This document shows positions 47,029 to 60,161 of a stretch of 64,000 nucleotides of DNA, one piece after another. The translations under genes were made by a program, and so were the position numbers. Below the pieces are notes generated by a model. That model worked only from the letters and a program-made list of their open reading frames with translations, ran no database searches and was not told where the DNA came from. The DNA comes from an uncultured Desulfospira sp. (GTDB lineage Bacteria > Desulfobacterota > Desulfobacteria > Desulfobacterales > Desulfobacteraceae), in NCBI GenBank assembly GCA_963663165.1, contig OY760175.1, positions 800,001 to 864,000 of the forward strand, read 5' to 3'. Every line of letters starts with the position of its first letter. Position 1 is the stretch's first letter.

Positions 47029-47808
47029 TTAAAAATGTAGTGCTTTGTTGCGGGCACCCAGCCATTTGAGGATCATGAGCAGCCCGACCCCCAGGCAGAT
47101 CAAAAGCCAGGCGCAGATAACGGCAAGCTCAATTTCTCCGCTGGTCAGGTTGAGGTAAACGGCAATGGGCAATGTTTCGGTTCTCATTCTCGATGCCCCG
47201 GCCACCATCAGGGTGGCCCCGAATTCCCCTAAGGTTCTGGCCCAGGCCAGGACCGCCCCGGCCAGGATGCCGTTGCGGGCCATGGGCAGGACAATGAGGC
47301 AAAAAACCCGGATATCGGACAATCCGAGCATGGCGCCGGCCTGTTCATACTTTTCATCAATTCCCTCAAAGGTGGCCCGGCAGCTTCGGATAACCAAAGG
47401 GGTGGCAATAAAGGTCTGGGCCATCACCGCCCCGGACGGGGTAAACAAAAGGTCCACCCCCATCCGGTGAAGCAGGTTTCCGGCCAGATGGGGCGAAAGC
47501 AGAAAGAGCAGCCCCATCCCTGTGACCAGCGGGGTCATGACCATGGGAATGTCCAGAAGGGAATCCACGGCGAATTTACCCGGAAAGGATTTCCTTGCCA
47601 TCAAATAGGCCACTGGAAGTCCCAGGACCATTGAAATGCCCACGGACGAAACCGATGTGGTCAGGCTCAGTTTAAGGGCAAAACAGGTTTCCGGGTTCAG
47701 AAGCGCCTGAAAAAGGTCCGCCATCCCGATTTGGGATACCAGGGCAAATAAAACCCCTAAAATCCCCAGACAGCAGATGCCCAGTATGCCATAAAACAGG
47801 GCGATCAT
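47029..47808 (-). CDS. modB: Molybdate ABC transporter permease
   Basis: DIPMVMTPLVTG, WARTLGEFGAT, TLPIAVY. Confidence 0.88.
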   Translation of the reverse strand: MIALFYGILGICCLGILGVLFALVSQIGMADLFQALLNPETCFALKLSLTTSVSSVGISMVLGLPVAYLMARKSFPGKFAVDSLLDIPMVMTPLVTGMGLLFLLSPHLAGNLLHRMGVDLLFTPSGAVMAQTFIATPLVIRSCRATFEGIDEKYEQAGAMLGLSDIRVFCLIVLPMARNGILAGAVLAWARTLGEFGATLMVAGASRMRTETLPIAVYLNLTSGEIELAVICAWLLICLGVGLLMILKWLGARNKALHF

Positions 47809-48560
47809 CAGGGCAAGGGCAGGAACCCGAATTTTGTAAAATGACCGATCCCTTCGTCGCTTGAAACAAAATCACGGAATTGCTCAGCCAAAGCCGTATC
47901 CTTAGCGGTTTTCAACACAGAGATGGCGATGATTTCAGGTGTGAATAAATCACCCGGGATCTCAAACATATCAATGGTATCTTTATGCATAAACGCATTG
48001 GCCCTGGCGACAATGGCCGCATCCACGTTCTCCTGCACCACATAAAGGGTTAACTGGTTGACGGTGGCACCATAGACGGTCACATTGTCCAGGATCTGTT
48101 TTTCAAGGCCTGCCTTTTTAATGATATCCATGCTGGTCCGGCCAAGGGCCATGGCCTTGGGATCGCCCATGGCCAGTTTGATCCCGGGCTTTGCCATGTC
48201 TTCCAGGGTCTTAATGCCCTTGGTTGCATTTTTAGGCACGCCAATCACCGGGGTGTGAAGCACCACTTTTTTATCCGACAGGACCAGGTCTTTTTCCTTT
48301 AATTTTTCAATATAAAAGTAAGACCCGGGCATGAACAGGTCTCCCTGCTGGGCAGAAAGATAGCGGGACATCTGTTTTCCGGATCCGCCGTAATTCACAA
48401 TCACCTTGTGCCCGGTCTGTTTTTCGAATTTTTCAATGAGTTGATCCGTGGGTTTTCGTAATCCGGCACCGGCATACAAAAACAGTTCGGCAGCAACGCC
48501 TTCAGCGGCAAACAACAGTGAGATTCCAATGGCGATCAGCATGAGCGGTCTTTTTTTCAT
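47808..48560 (-). CDS. modA: Molybdate ABC transporter substrate-binding protein
   Basis: YAGAGL, NYGGSG, GDP..ALG, ATVNQ. Confidence 0.88.
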   Translation of the reverse strand: MKKRPLMLIAIGISLLFAAEGVAAELFLYAGAGLRKPTDQLIEKFEKQTGHKVIVNYGGSGKQMSRYLSAQQGDLFMPGSYFYIEKLKEKDLVLSDKKVVLHTPVIGVPKNATKGIKTLEDMAKPGIKLAMGDPKAMALGRTSMDIIKKAGLEKQILDNVTVYGATVNQLTLYVVQENVDAAIVARANAFMHKDTIDMFEIPGDLFTPEIIAISVLKTAKDTALAEQFRDFVSSDEGIGHFTKFGFLPLP

Positions 48561-48757
48561 TATCTTTCTCCTCTATTTCAATTAACCAACACAAGGCTAT
48601 TCTTTATCAATGTAATTTTTAAACGTCAATATACTTTTTTTAATTACATCATCCCTGTTCAAATTGAAACGAAAAAAATAAGGTTGGGTTAAGGTGAATA
48701 TAGAGAATGGGGACTGAAAGAAGAAAGACCGGATGAGGCGGTGTTGTTGGCTCGGTC

Positions 48758-48826
48758 GTAGGGGCGATTCATGAATCGCCCTTTCATGAATAACCTTTAC
48801 GTGGGCAATTCATAAATTGCCCCTAC
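48758..48826. repeat. Inverted GTAG-type REP doublet (REPIN-like)
   Basis: GTAGGGGCGATTCATGAATCGCCC ... GGGCAATTCATAAATTGCCCCTAC. Confidence 0.8.
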
Positions 48827-48868
48827 ACCACCATCACCTATAACATGATAATCCAGGATTCAATTATT

Positions 48869-51651
<2,783 letters not shown>

Positions 51652-51900
51652 CTTTGACCTCATCAATGATATCGTACAGCCACATGATATCTTCTATGGA
51701 CAGGCGGCCGGCTTTTGACGGGGCCCGGTCTGTACCGTCTTTTTTCTTTAAAATTCTGGGGCCGACCTGGACTTTGGGCTCACCGTCCCCATACTGATGG
51801 ATGGAAATCAAAAGCCCGGTTTCTTCATTTTTCCACTCTGATAATTTCTTGTCCTTTTCAGGATCATAACCTGCCATATGTCATGGTCTCCTTGTTTGAT

Positions 51901-51983
51901 AGCAGTTAGCTGTCAGCCATTAGCTTTTAGCAATCAGCTGTTAGGGTGAAAAGCTAACGGCTGATTGCTTAAGGCTAACGGCT
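51901..51983. repeat. Inverted TTAGCYD heptamer arrays
   Basis: ttagctg tcagcca ttagctt ttagcaa tcagctg ... gctaacggctga. Confidence 0.7.
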
Positions 51984-51993
51984 TTCCAATCCG

Positions 51994-54069
51994 TTAAATT
52001 TTTGAAAAATCGGCAATGGGTTTAAATATCCCGGACACAGAAGCCAACAGGGCAATCCGGTTGTTTTTAAGCTGTTCATCATCGGCAAACACCATAACAT
52101 CATCAAAAAACTGGTCCACATGAGGTCTTAAGCCTGCAATTTCTTTTAGCGCATGATCATAGTCGCCGGAGGATATCAGGGACGTCACTTTGGATGAAAC
52201 TTCTTGGGCTGCTTTGTAAAGGCCAGTCTCGCTGGGGTCCTGGAACCGGGATTCATCCACCGTTAAACCGGACAGGTCTTCGGCCTTTTTAAGGATGTTT
52301 TCCACCCGTTTAAAGGCAATGGACAGGGGTTCAAAATCCGGGTCCTGTCTTAAATTATCCAGGGCCTTTACCCGCAGCAGCACGTCGGGAAGGTTGTCAA
52401 AGGAGGCGGCAAGGGCGGAATTGACCGCCTCTTTGGAATACCCCTGATCGGTGAGAATGTTGACCATCCGGCTTTCCAGGAAATCCTTGACCTGGCCTGA
52501 AATCTCTTTGATTTTAGACGGATCATCCACAAACGGGGCAAGGCCGGTTTCAATAAGGCGTCCTAGACTTGCGGTTAAGTTTTCTTCCAGCACGATCTGG
52601 ATAATGCCGATGCCCTGGCGGCGCAGGGCATAGGGATCGGCCCCGCCCGTAGGAATCAGGCCAACGGAAAAACAGCCGCAGATGGTATCGAGCTTATCGG
52701 CAATGGCCAGCACAACAGCCGTGGGATTTTCCGGCAGCTGCCCGCCGGACTGGACCGGCCGGTAATGCTGTTCAACCGCATCGGCGACCTCGGAATCTTC
52801 GCCGGCTTTGCCCGCATAAACCCGGCCGATAACACCCTGAAGCTTGGTAAATTCAATGACCACCTGGCTGACCAGGTCTGCCTTACAGATCTGGGCCGCC
52901 CGGACCGCCTTGGTTTTCAGCGCGTCTTTATCCGCGTTTCCGGATACATCGGCCAGATATTCAACCAGTTTCCCAATTCGCTGGACCTTGTCATGAACAG
53001 AGCCGAGTTTTTCCTGGAACGTGACATTTTTGAGCTTTTCGGCAAACTGGTCCAGGCTTGACGTAAGATCGGTCTCATAAAAAAACTTGGCATCGGAAAG
53101 CCTTGCCCGAAGGACCCGGCCATGGCCGGCTGCCACCAGCTCCATGTCTTTGGCCAGGGTGTTGTTGACCGCAATGAACATGGGTTTGAGACGGCCTTGT
53201 TCATCAATTAAGGCAAAGTATTTCTGGTGCTCTCTCATGGCCGTGATCAGGACCTCATCCGGCACTTCAAGAAAGATGTCGTCAAACTTTCCCACCACCG
53301 GATAAGGGACTTCCACAAGGTTGGTCACAATGTCAAGCAGCTCGGGGTCATCCAGGATTTGGGCGCTGTTTTCCTTTGCCAGCTGGTTGATCTTGTCCGT
53401 GAGCAGGGTCTTTCGTTTTTCAATTTCGGGGATTATACCGGCGGATTCCGCCACCTGGACATATTCATCGGCCGTGTTCACCTTAAATTTTGCAGGGTTC
53501 ATGAAACTGTGGCCGAAAATCTCGTTACCCGAGGCAATATTGCCCACCTTAAACTTGAGGACCTGGTCTCCTAACAGCCCCACAAGACTGATAATGGGCC
53601 GGGCAAAGCTGATGGAAAGGCTGCCCCACCGCATGCTTTTGGGAAAGGGAATGGCAAGGATCTGTTTTTCGAGCATGGCTTCAATGATGGTGCCTGACGG
53701 CTCACAGGTTTCCGCCACCACGGCGGTCAGATACCGGCCCTTGTCGGTATCTTCGACGTTAAGCTGATCCACGCTGATGCCGGCTTTATCGGCAAACTTC
53801 TGGGCCGCAATGGTGGGCTTGCCGTCGGCGTCAAACCCTACTTTTTCAGGCGGGCCGGTCAAAACGCTGGTCTTTTCCTTTTGCTGATCCGCTACACCTT
53901 CGATGATCAGGGTGAGCCGCCGGGGGGTGCCCATGATCTTTGAAGGGCCGTGATCAATTCTTGCCCGGGAAAGGGCATCGGCCATGCTGTTTTGAAAAGC
54001 GGTCAGGGCCGGTACAATATATCCGGCCGGAATTTCTTCACATCCGATTTCAATTAACAAGGTACTCAT
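51994..54069 (-). CDS. glyS: Glycine--tRNA ligase beta subunit
   Basis: LLIEIGCEEIP, TPRRL, FPKSMRW, HQKYF, DPYALRR. Confidence 0.97.
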   Translation of the reverse strand: MSTLLIEIGCEEIPAGYIVPALTAFQNSMADALSRARIDHGPSKIMGTPRRLTLIIEGVADQQKEKTSVLTGPPEKVGFDADGKPTIAAQKFADKAGISVDQLNVEDTDKGRYLTAVVAETCEPSGTIIEAMLEKQILAIPFPKSMRWGSLSISFARPIISLVGLLGDQVLKFKVGNIASGNEIFGHSFMNPAKFKVNTADEYVQVAESAGIIPEIEKRKTLLTDKINQLAKENSAQILDDPELLDIVTNLVEVPYPVVGKFDDIFLEVPDEVLITAMREHQKYFALIDEQGRLKPMFIAVNNTLAKDMELVAAGHGRVLRARLSDAKFFYETDLTSSLDQFAEKLKNVTFQEKLGSVHDKVQRIGKLVEYLADVSGNADKDALKTKAVRAAQICKADLVSQVVIEFTKLQGVIGRVYAGKAGEDSEVADAVEQHYRPVQSGGQLPENPTAVVLAIADKLDTICGCFSVGLIPTGGADPYALRRQGIGIIQIVLEENLTASLGRLIETGLAPFVDDPSKIKEISGQVKDFLESRMVNILTDQGYSKEAVNSALAASFDNLPDVLLRVKALDNLRQDPDFEPLSIAFKRVENILKKAEDLSGLTVDESRFQDPSETGLYKAAQEVSSKVTSLISSGDYDHALKEIAGLRPHVDQFFDDVMVFADDEQLKNNRIALLASVSGIFKPIADFSKI

Positions 54070-54070
54070 C

Positions 54071-54952
54071 TTAATTTTTTCCTCCCCGGTTCAGTAACGG
54101 ATGGCCCATCTCTTCTCTCTGGGCCACGTAGAGTTTGGATGCCAACCGGGCAATATCCCTGATCCGTTTGATAAATCCTGTCCGTTCCGTCACACTGATG
54201 GCGCCCCTGGCATCCAGGAGATTAAAGGTGTGGGAACATTTTAAACAGTACTCATAGGTGGGGATCACCAGGCCTTTTTCATAGATCCTGTGGGCCTCGG
54301 TCTCATATTTTTTAAACAGGTCAAACAGCAGGTCCACATCGGCGATTTCAAAGTTATAGGTGGACTGTTCTACCTCCTGCATATGGTAGACGTCCCGGTA
54401 AAAGATCTCGTCGTTCCATTTAAGGTCAAACACATTGTCCACCCCCTGCAGGTACATGCAGATTCTTTCAAGGCCATAGGTCAGCTCCACGGGTACCGGG
54501 TTGACCTCAAGGGAACCGGTCATCTGAAAATAGGTAAACTGGGTGACTTCCATGCCGTCCAGCCAGACTTCCCAGCCAAGGCCTGACGCCCCGAGGGTAG
54601 GCGATTCCCAGTCATCTTCCACAAACCGGATATCATGCTCTAAAGGATCCACCCCAAGGACCCTTAAAGAATCCAGATACTGGGCCTGGACATCCGGCGG
54701 AGAGGGTTTTAACAGGACCTGGTACTGGTAGTAGTGCTGAAGCCGGTTGGGGTTCTCGCCGTACCGGCCGTCGGTAGGCCGCCGTGACGGCTGAACATAG
54801 GCCACTTTCCAGGGTTCCGGGCCAAGGGCCTTTAACAGGGTGGTCGGATGAAAGGTGCCGGCCCCCACTTCCATGTCATAGGACTGAATCAGGACACACC
54901 CTTTATCAGCCCAAAATTTATTCAAGTTTAAAATGACATCTTGAAAATTCAT
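54071..54952 (-). CDS. glyQ: Glycine--tRNA ligase alpha subunit
   Basis: [30 protein letters not shown]. Confidence 0.97.
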   Translation of the reverse strand: MNFQDVILNLNKFWADKGCVLIQSYDMEVGAGTFHPTTLLKALGPEPWKVAYVQPSRRPTDGRYGENPNRLQHYYQYQVLLKPSPPDVQAQYLDSLRVLGVDPLEHDIRFVEDDWESPTLGASGLGWEVWLDGMEVTQFTYFQMTGSLEVNPVPVELTYGLERICMYLQGVDNVFDLKWNDEIFYRDVYHMQEVEQSTYNFEIADVDLLFDLFKKYETEAHRIYEKGLVIPTYEYCLKCSHTFNLLDARGAISVTERTGFIKRIRDIARLASKLYVAQREEMGHPLLNRGGKN

Positions 54953-54955
54953 AGG

Positions 54956-56005
54956 TTATCCGTTTTTTATAAGTTTAATGCCTTGGTGATCTATCCTTGT
55001 ATCAAGAATCTGTCCGTTTTGTACACCATCAAGTATGCCTTGCCAGGATTTTTTAAGTCCTTCAATGTTTTGAGCGCTTCCCACAGCCCAGACACACCCG
55101 CCGCCGCCGGCACCGGTGAACCTTGCCCCGCAATGGTTTTGTTTTGCCGATTCAAACAATTTTTTACCGGTATTGTCAAGGACATCCGGGGTCATATCAA
55201 GACGAAGGGCGGTTTCTTCATTCATGAAAGCCGCGGCCTCATCCCAGGCCTTGCGTTTTAAGACCGAAAAAAAATCTTTGGTCAGGCCTGCAATTCTCTC
55301 AAACCCTGATCGTGAGGTTCCCTTTAAAAACGAATCAACCCATTTGCCGTTGATGTTTTTTGACTCATGGGGAATGCCGCAGTAGGCCACCAGAATGTGC
55401 CGGTTAAGGCCGTCTGTCTCCTGAGGGGTTTCATAAAGGGGGGTTTTCTCAAAAACAGGACCGGTCTGCCCCATTTTCCAATGCCAGAGGTTGACCCCGC
55501 CAAAAGCGGCGGCAGCCTGGTCCTGAACCCCGCAGGGAACCCGGGCCACGCTGGATTCAATGGTGTGGGACAGCCAGGTTAAATGAACCGGGTCAACGGG
55601 CTTATCCATGGCTGCATATAAAGCCGCTAAAATGGCCACAGAGGCGCAGGAAGATCCCCCCAAAGCGCTTCTGGGCGGGGAAGAGGATTCAATCCTTATT
55701 TCAAGCCCATGGGCATTGACAAACTGGGCACAGGCAAACATCAGCCCCATGGGATGGGTAAAATCCGCCTTTCCCTGATCAAAACTGGCGTCTTCAAACC
55801 CCAAAGAGGAAATTTTCACCTTTCCTTTGACATAAGGCGTCAGGGTCACTGTGGTTCTCAGGTCCAGGGCCATGTTAAACCCGGCCGGGAACAGATGGGA
55901 CAAGGGAAGATAGAAAGTGGAGATATCCAGGGTGCCGCCAAAATCAATCCGGCAGGGAACGGAAGCGGTCACGGGCCCTGATTCTAACCTGGGTTGAAAA
56001 TTCAT
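54956..56005 (-). CDS. GHMP-family kinase
   Basis: PCRIDFGGTLD, PPRSALGGSS, GVQDQ, GAGGGG. Confidence 0.85.
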   Translation of the reverse strand: MNFQPRLESGPVTASVPCRIDFGGTLDISTFYLPLSHLFPAGFNMALDLRTTVTLTPYVKGKVKISSLGFEDASFDQGKADFTHPMGLMFACAQFVNAHGLEIRIESSSPPRSALGGSSCASVAILAALYAAMDKPVDPVHLTWLSHTIESSVARVPCGVQDQAAAAFGGVNLWHWKMGQTGPVFEKTPLYETPQETDGLNRHILVAYCGIPHESKNINGKWVDSFLKGTSRSGFERIAGLTKDFFSVLKRKAWDEAAAFMNEETALRLDMTPDVLDNTGKKLFESAKQNHCGARFTGAGGGGCVWAVGSAQNIEGLKKSWQGILDGVQNGQILDTRIDHQGIKLIKNG

Positions 56006-56841
56006 TGTTCCTGCCTTAAGCGGTGTAAAAATTTCAAGGTTTTCATCTCCCGGCCAATGTGAAAGGGAATAAAAGCCTCCATCAGGGCCGCCCCCTCTGT
56101 CATGGCAAAGGATGAAAATTTAATCCGGTCGGCCCTGGCCATGTCTGAGGCGTTCATCCAGGCCAGCTGCTTTAAGGTGCCCTTTGAAATATAAAGAAAG
56201 TGCCCTTTGTCCGAAAGCCCGCCCATATCCCGGGTGCCGGTGTCTGGTTTTAAACAGGCATCACAGATAAGCTTTCCGTCTTTTAAATCAAACCGGATCC
56301 TGTCCTGGGCAATGGCATCCAGTCTTCTATCACAAGATTCACACCGGTCAATCACCGGGCTGAATCCGGAAATGCCCATGAACCGGATCTGGTACAACAG
56401 GTTTAAAATCCCCGGGTCAACAGCAGAGCGGTCCAGCATGTCAAGGCTGAACAACAACAGCTCAAACAACCGTGTCTGCACCCTGCCCTCTTCAAGCCAT
56501 GAATATATAAGTTCCACCCAGTAACTGGCATAGGCGGTTTTAAACAGATCATACCGGATTTGGATAAATCCGTTCTCAATCCCTGACTGGGTCAGGATGA
56601 TCAGCCCGTTTTTATTCTTTTTGGGGTACCGGCACTGAATATGGTTAAGGGAAAACATATCCAGGGCCCCGGAAAAACGCCGAACACTCTTTTTGGCGTT
56701 TTTGGCAATCACACTGATCTTGCCCATGGTCCGGGTCAAAAAGGTAATGATATAGTCGTGGTCACCGTATTCGATTTTTCGAAGCAAAATGGCATCTGTG
56801 CTGAACTCCTGCCCGGGATCGTTAATGCCGGCACCATCCAT
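56002..56841 (-). CDS. recO: DNA repair protein RecO
   Basis: AILLRKIEYGDHD.IITFLT..GKI..AK.AKKS.RRF; CxxC..CxxC; start uncertain. Confidence 0.92.
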   Translation of the reverse strand: MDGAGINDPGQEFSTDAILLRKIEYGDHDYIITFLTRTMGKISVIAKNAKKSVRRFSGALDMFSLNHIQCRYPKKNKNGLIILTQSGIENGFIQIRYDLFKTAYASYWVELIYSWLEEGRVQTRLFELLLFSLDMLDRSAVDPGILNLLYQIRFMGISGFSPVIDRCESCDRRLDAIAQDRIRFDLKDGKLICDACLKPDTGTRDMGGLSDKGHFLYISKGTLKQLAWMNASDMARADRIKFSSFAMTEGAALMEAFIPFHIGREMKTLKFLHRLRQEQ

Positions 56842-56846
56842 GCCCG

Positions 56847-58211
56847 TTAGATATCCATGAGAAGTGTGGCAATTTTGAAATAGCAAAATACGCTGACAAT
56901 ATCAATTGAAGTGGTCACAAACGGGCCTGTGGCCACGGCCGGATCAATATGAAACTTTTCAAAGGCCAGGGGAACTGTAGACCCCACCAGGGCCGCCACA
57001 CTCATGGAACAGATGACCGCAAGCCCTACGGCAATGGCCAAAGACAGGGAAAAGGGCTCATGGACAAAGGAAAGCCTGGCCACAAGGCCGATGAAAAGGC
57101 CGTAGGTTAATCCCAGGATCAGGCCAACGGTCAGCTCCTTGGATACCACCCGGGAAAAATCATGGATATTAATCCGGCCCGTGGCAATTCCCCGGACCAC
57201 AATGGTTGAACTCTGAGTACCGATGTTGCCGCCCATGCCCATGATGACCGGAATAAACGCGGCAAGCCCCGCAAATTTGGAAAGGGCATGTTCAAAGCCG
57301 CCAATGATGAAAAAGGCGGCCAGCCCGCCCAGGCAGGAGGCCAGAAGCCAGGGCAGCCGGATCCGTGCCCCTCTGAGCACGGTCTGGGTTTCCACATATT
57401 CTTCACCGACACCGGCCATTTTCAGCATATCTTCCGTGGCGGCCTCATGGAGAATATCAATAACGTCATCAACGGTCACGATCCCCACAATACAGTTTTC
57501 ATCATCCACTACCGGAACCGCCAGGTAATCATACCGGGAGACCAGCCGGGCCACCTCTTCTCTGTCCGTGTAAGTTTTGACCGAGACCATGTCCGTTGCC
57601 ATGAACTCTTTTAGCGGTGTCTCAGGCGCCGTCACCACCAGCTGCCGAAGGGAGCTGACCCCCACCAGTTTGCCGTAGGCATCCACCACATAAATGTAAA
57701 AGGGCATTTCAACGTCAAGATATTTGTTTTGAAGGGCCTCAATGACCTCCTTTGCCTTGACGTCTTCTTCTAACGCCACAAAATCCGTGACCATGAGGCT
57801 GCCGGCCGTGTCCTCGCCGTAGCTCATAAGCTGTTCAACGTTGTCGGATTCCTCTTTCTGCATCTTGGCCAGGATCTGGTCGGAAAGCTCTTCGTCCAGG
57901 CACCCCAGAAGCTCGGCAGCATCATCCGACGGCATATGGTCAAACACCTGGACCAGTTTTTCAAAATTCACGTTTTTGACAAACTCAAGGAAAACCGATT
58001 CGTCCAGTTCTGAAAACAGCAGGCCGATTTTTTCAGGGTCTTTAATCAGATCAAACAACTTTTTGCGGTCCACGTCGGACAGATCCCTGAACACGATGGA
58101 CAGGTCCGCCATGTGGGTCTTATCAATAATCTTGACAAGCTGACGGGTGGCACCCCGGCGAAGCAGCCGTTTGATACTGGTGCTCAGTATTCTTATTTGT
58201 TCGATATTCAT
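56847..58211 (-). CDS. mgtE: Magnesium transporter MgtE
   Basis: CBS pair, RLPWL, MGGNIGTQ, DPAVATGPFVTT..D. Confidence 0.95.
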   Translation of the reverse strand: MNIEQIRILSTSIKRLLRRGATRQLVKIIDKTHMADLSIVFRDLSDVDRKKLFDLIKDPEKIGLLFSELDESVFLEFVKNVNFEKLVQVFDHMPSDDAAELLGCLDEELSDQILAKMQKEESDNVEQLMSYGEDTAGSLMVTDFVALEEDVKAKEVIEALQNKYLDVEMPFYIYVVDAYGKLVGVSSLRQLVVTAPETPLKEFMATDMVSVKTYTDREEVARLVSRYDYLAVPVVDDENCIVGIVTVDDVIDILHEAATEDMLKMAGVGEEYVETQTVLRGARIRLPWLLASCLGGLAAFFIIGGFEHALSKFAGLAAFIPVIMGMGGNIGTQSSTIVVRGIATGRINIHDFSRVVSKELTVGLILGLTYGLFIGLVARLSFVHEPFSLSLAIAVGLAVICSMSVAALVGSTVPLAFEKFHIDPAVATGPFVTTSIDIVSVFCYFKIATLLMDI

Positions 58212-58238
58212 AGAAAGATCCTGTTATAATATAGGGGC

Positions 58239-59183
58239 TTAAAGCATTATCTTGACGTGGGCATGTTCTTTTAAGGATTCAATCCATTGGGCAAATTTTT
58301 CCTTTCCCAACTGATTGTACAGGATCTGCTGTATCTCTTCTGAAGCCTGCTCAAGGGTTTTGCCCCCGGACATGATAATGTCCTGGACATAGAGGATCTG
58401 AAAGCCCTGGGGTGTATCAATGATATCGGTATGACCGCCTTTTTTTACGCCTTGCAGGGCCTGTTTGATGTTCTCGCTTAAGCCGTCAATTTCAAAGGCC
58501 CCTAAATATCCGCCGTCAGAGGCATTGGACCCGGTGGAGTATTCGCCGGCAAGGTCTTTGAACGATGCGTTGTGTTCAAGCTGTTCTTTGACTTGTTTTA
58601 TTTTATCCGCATCTTCCATGATGATATTTCGAAGTTCGTATTTTTCCACCCCCTTGAACTCATCGGCATGTTGAGCATAATAGGCGGCAATATCCGAATC
58701 CGTGATAATTACCTTGGACCGGACGGCCCGGTTAATGAGCCGGGACTGAATGATTTCCTGACGGACATTCTCCTTGTACTCCTCAAGGCTTAAGTTCTCA
58801 CTGGCCAGGGCGCTTTCAAGACCGGCCTGATCCAGACCGTGCTGGGCCATAAAGTTTTCTACCGCCGTATTCACCTCAGCATCGGTGACTTCAACCTGGT
58901 ACCGATCGGCTTCCTGATTTACCAGGATCTTGTCGATGAGCTGGTGGAGCATATTGGTTTTCATGGTGCCGAGCAGTTCTTCCTTGCGCTTTTGGGTACT
59001 GTTGCTGGCTTCAATCTTTTCTTGATAAAGGGCTGTCTTTCTTTCAAGCTGAACCTGGGTGATAATCTCATTGTTGACAATGGCAACAATCCGGTCAACG
59101 ACCTCTTCGCCTGCCGCCTGCCCGGCCAGAACCAGAACCAATGCAAAACCCATCAAAAACCATTTTTTAATCATCGAAACCAT
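58239..59183 (-). CDS. SurA-like parvulin peptidyl-prolyl isomerase
   Basis: VDRIVAIVNNEIIT, SFKDLAGEYS..GGYLG, TPQGFQI. Confidence 0.88.
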   Translation of the reverse strand: MVSMIKKWFLMGFALVLVLAGQAAGEEVVDRIVAIVNNEIITQVQLERKTALYQEKIEASNSTQKRKEELLGTMKTNMLHQLIDKILVNQEADRYQVEVTDAEVNTAVENFMAQHGLDQAGLESALASENLSLEEYKENVRQEIIQSRLINRAVRSKVIITDSDIAAYYAQHADEFKGVEKYELRNIIMEDADKIKQVKEQLEHNASFKDLAGEYSTGSNASDGGYLGAFEIDGLSENIKQALQGVKKGGHTDIIDTPQGFQILYVQDIIMSGGKTLEQASEEIQQILYNQLGKEKFAQWIESLKEHAHVKIML

Positions 59184-59928
59184 CCTTTTCCTTATGGGGA
59201 TTCAATAAAAACCGGGTCACTTCCTTTTCATTGATTTGTGCCGGATATGCTGTTTTAATCTGCTCAATCCACTCACCGTAAAGGGCCTGCCGTTTTTCCC
59301 GCTTTAATCCGGTCAGCAGCTGTTCACCCAAGGCCTTTAATTGTGCTTCCTCATCCAAAAGACCGGGATTTTCTCCATCGAGATTGCCGTCATTAAGTGT
59401 CTTATAATATGAAACCAGATCATCCGGGGTGATGGTAATGGCCTCATCGAGCTGGGTATAGACCAGTTTTTCAATCACCAGGTTCTTTCGAAGTTTTTCT
59501 TTCCAGACCCGGTATGAGACGGCATTTTCTAACAGCATCTGCTCAAAGCTGTCATCCGGATAATCCTGGCGCAGCCGTTTTTCAGCCTGGTCCACCTCCT
59601 GGTCTGAAACCGCTATCCCCTTTTGCTGCGCGGCATTCATTAACTGACACTGCTCGGTTAACCCCATGACCAGATCCATGATCATGGTATTATAGTCGTT
59701 TGGATAATCTTTAATATTGTACGGGTAAGCCAGCAGTTTGAGATCAAGTTCATCAAAAAATTCGTCCCGGTCCACCACAATACGGCCGCTTTTGATCACA
59801 AACTCAGGCTCAACCGATTCCGGCGGAGAGGCTTTGCAACCGACCGCCTGAAAAATCATCATAATGATGGCCAGGAGGACATAACCATTTAAAGATCCAT
59901 TCTTCCGGATAGCACACTCTCCTTTCAA
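59167..59928 (-). CDS. SurA N-terminal-domain lipoprotein
   Basis: AVGC lipobox, AQQKGIAVSDQEVD; adjacent to the SurA-like gene. Confidence 0.75.
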   Translation of the reverse strand: MKGECAIRKNGSLNGYVLLAIIMMIFQAVGCKASPPESVEPEFVIKSGRIVVDRDEFFDELDLKLLAYPYNIKDYPNDYNTMIMDLVMGLTEQCQLMNAAQQKGIAVSDQEVDQAEKRLRQDYPDDSFEQMLLENAVSYRVWKEKLRKNLVIEKLVYTQLDEAITITPDDLVSYYKTLNDGNLDGENPGLLDEEAQLKALGEQLLTGLKREKRQALYGEWIEQIKTAYPAQINEKEVTRFLLNPHKEKDGFDD

Positions 59929-60060
59929 ACGCCTGGCTGTAACGGCAAAACAAATCCTTTAATCATAACCGGACCGGTCCCCGCCATTTTAACCCCGGAC
60001 CGGACCCAATTTTTTTTAAGTCAAGAACATTACCATTAAGGCCCATTTTCCGCAAGCCCA

Positions 60061-60161
60061 ACAAGAGACAAGAAAATAGAAACAAGAGACAAGAAGATGG
60101 AAAGCCCGGCATTGTCCTGTCCCTACTTTCTTGTATCTTGTTTCCAGTTTCCAGTTTCTTG
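60061..60161. repeat. Inverted (GARACAA/GAAACTG)n heptamer arrays
   Basis: acaagagacaagaaaatagaaacaagagacaag and complements; related copies near 33597 and 61705. Confidence 0.65.
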
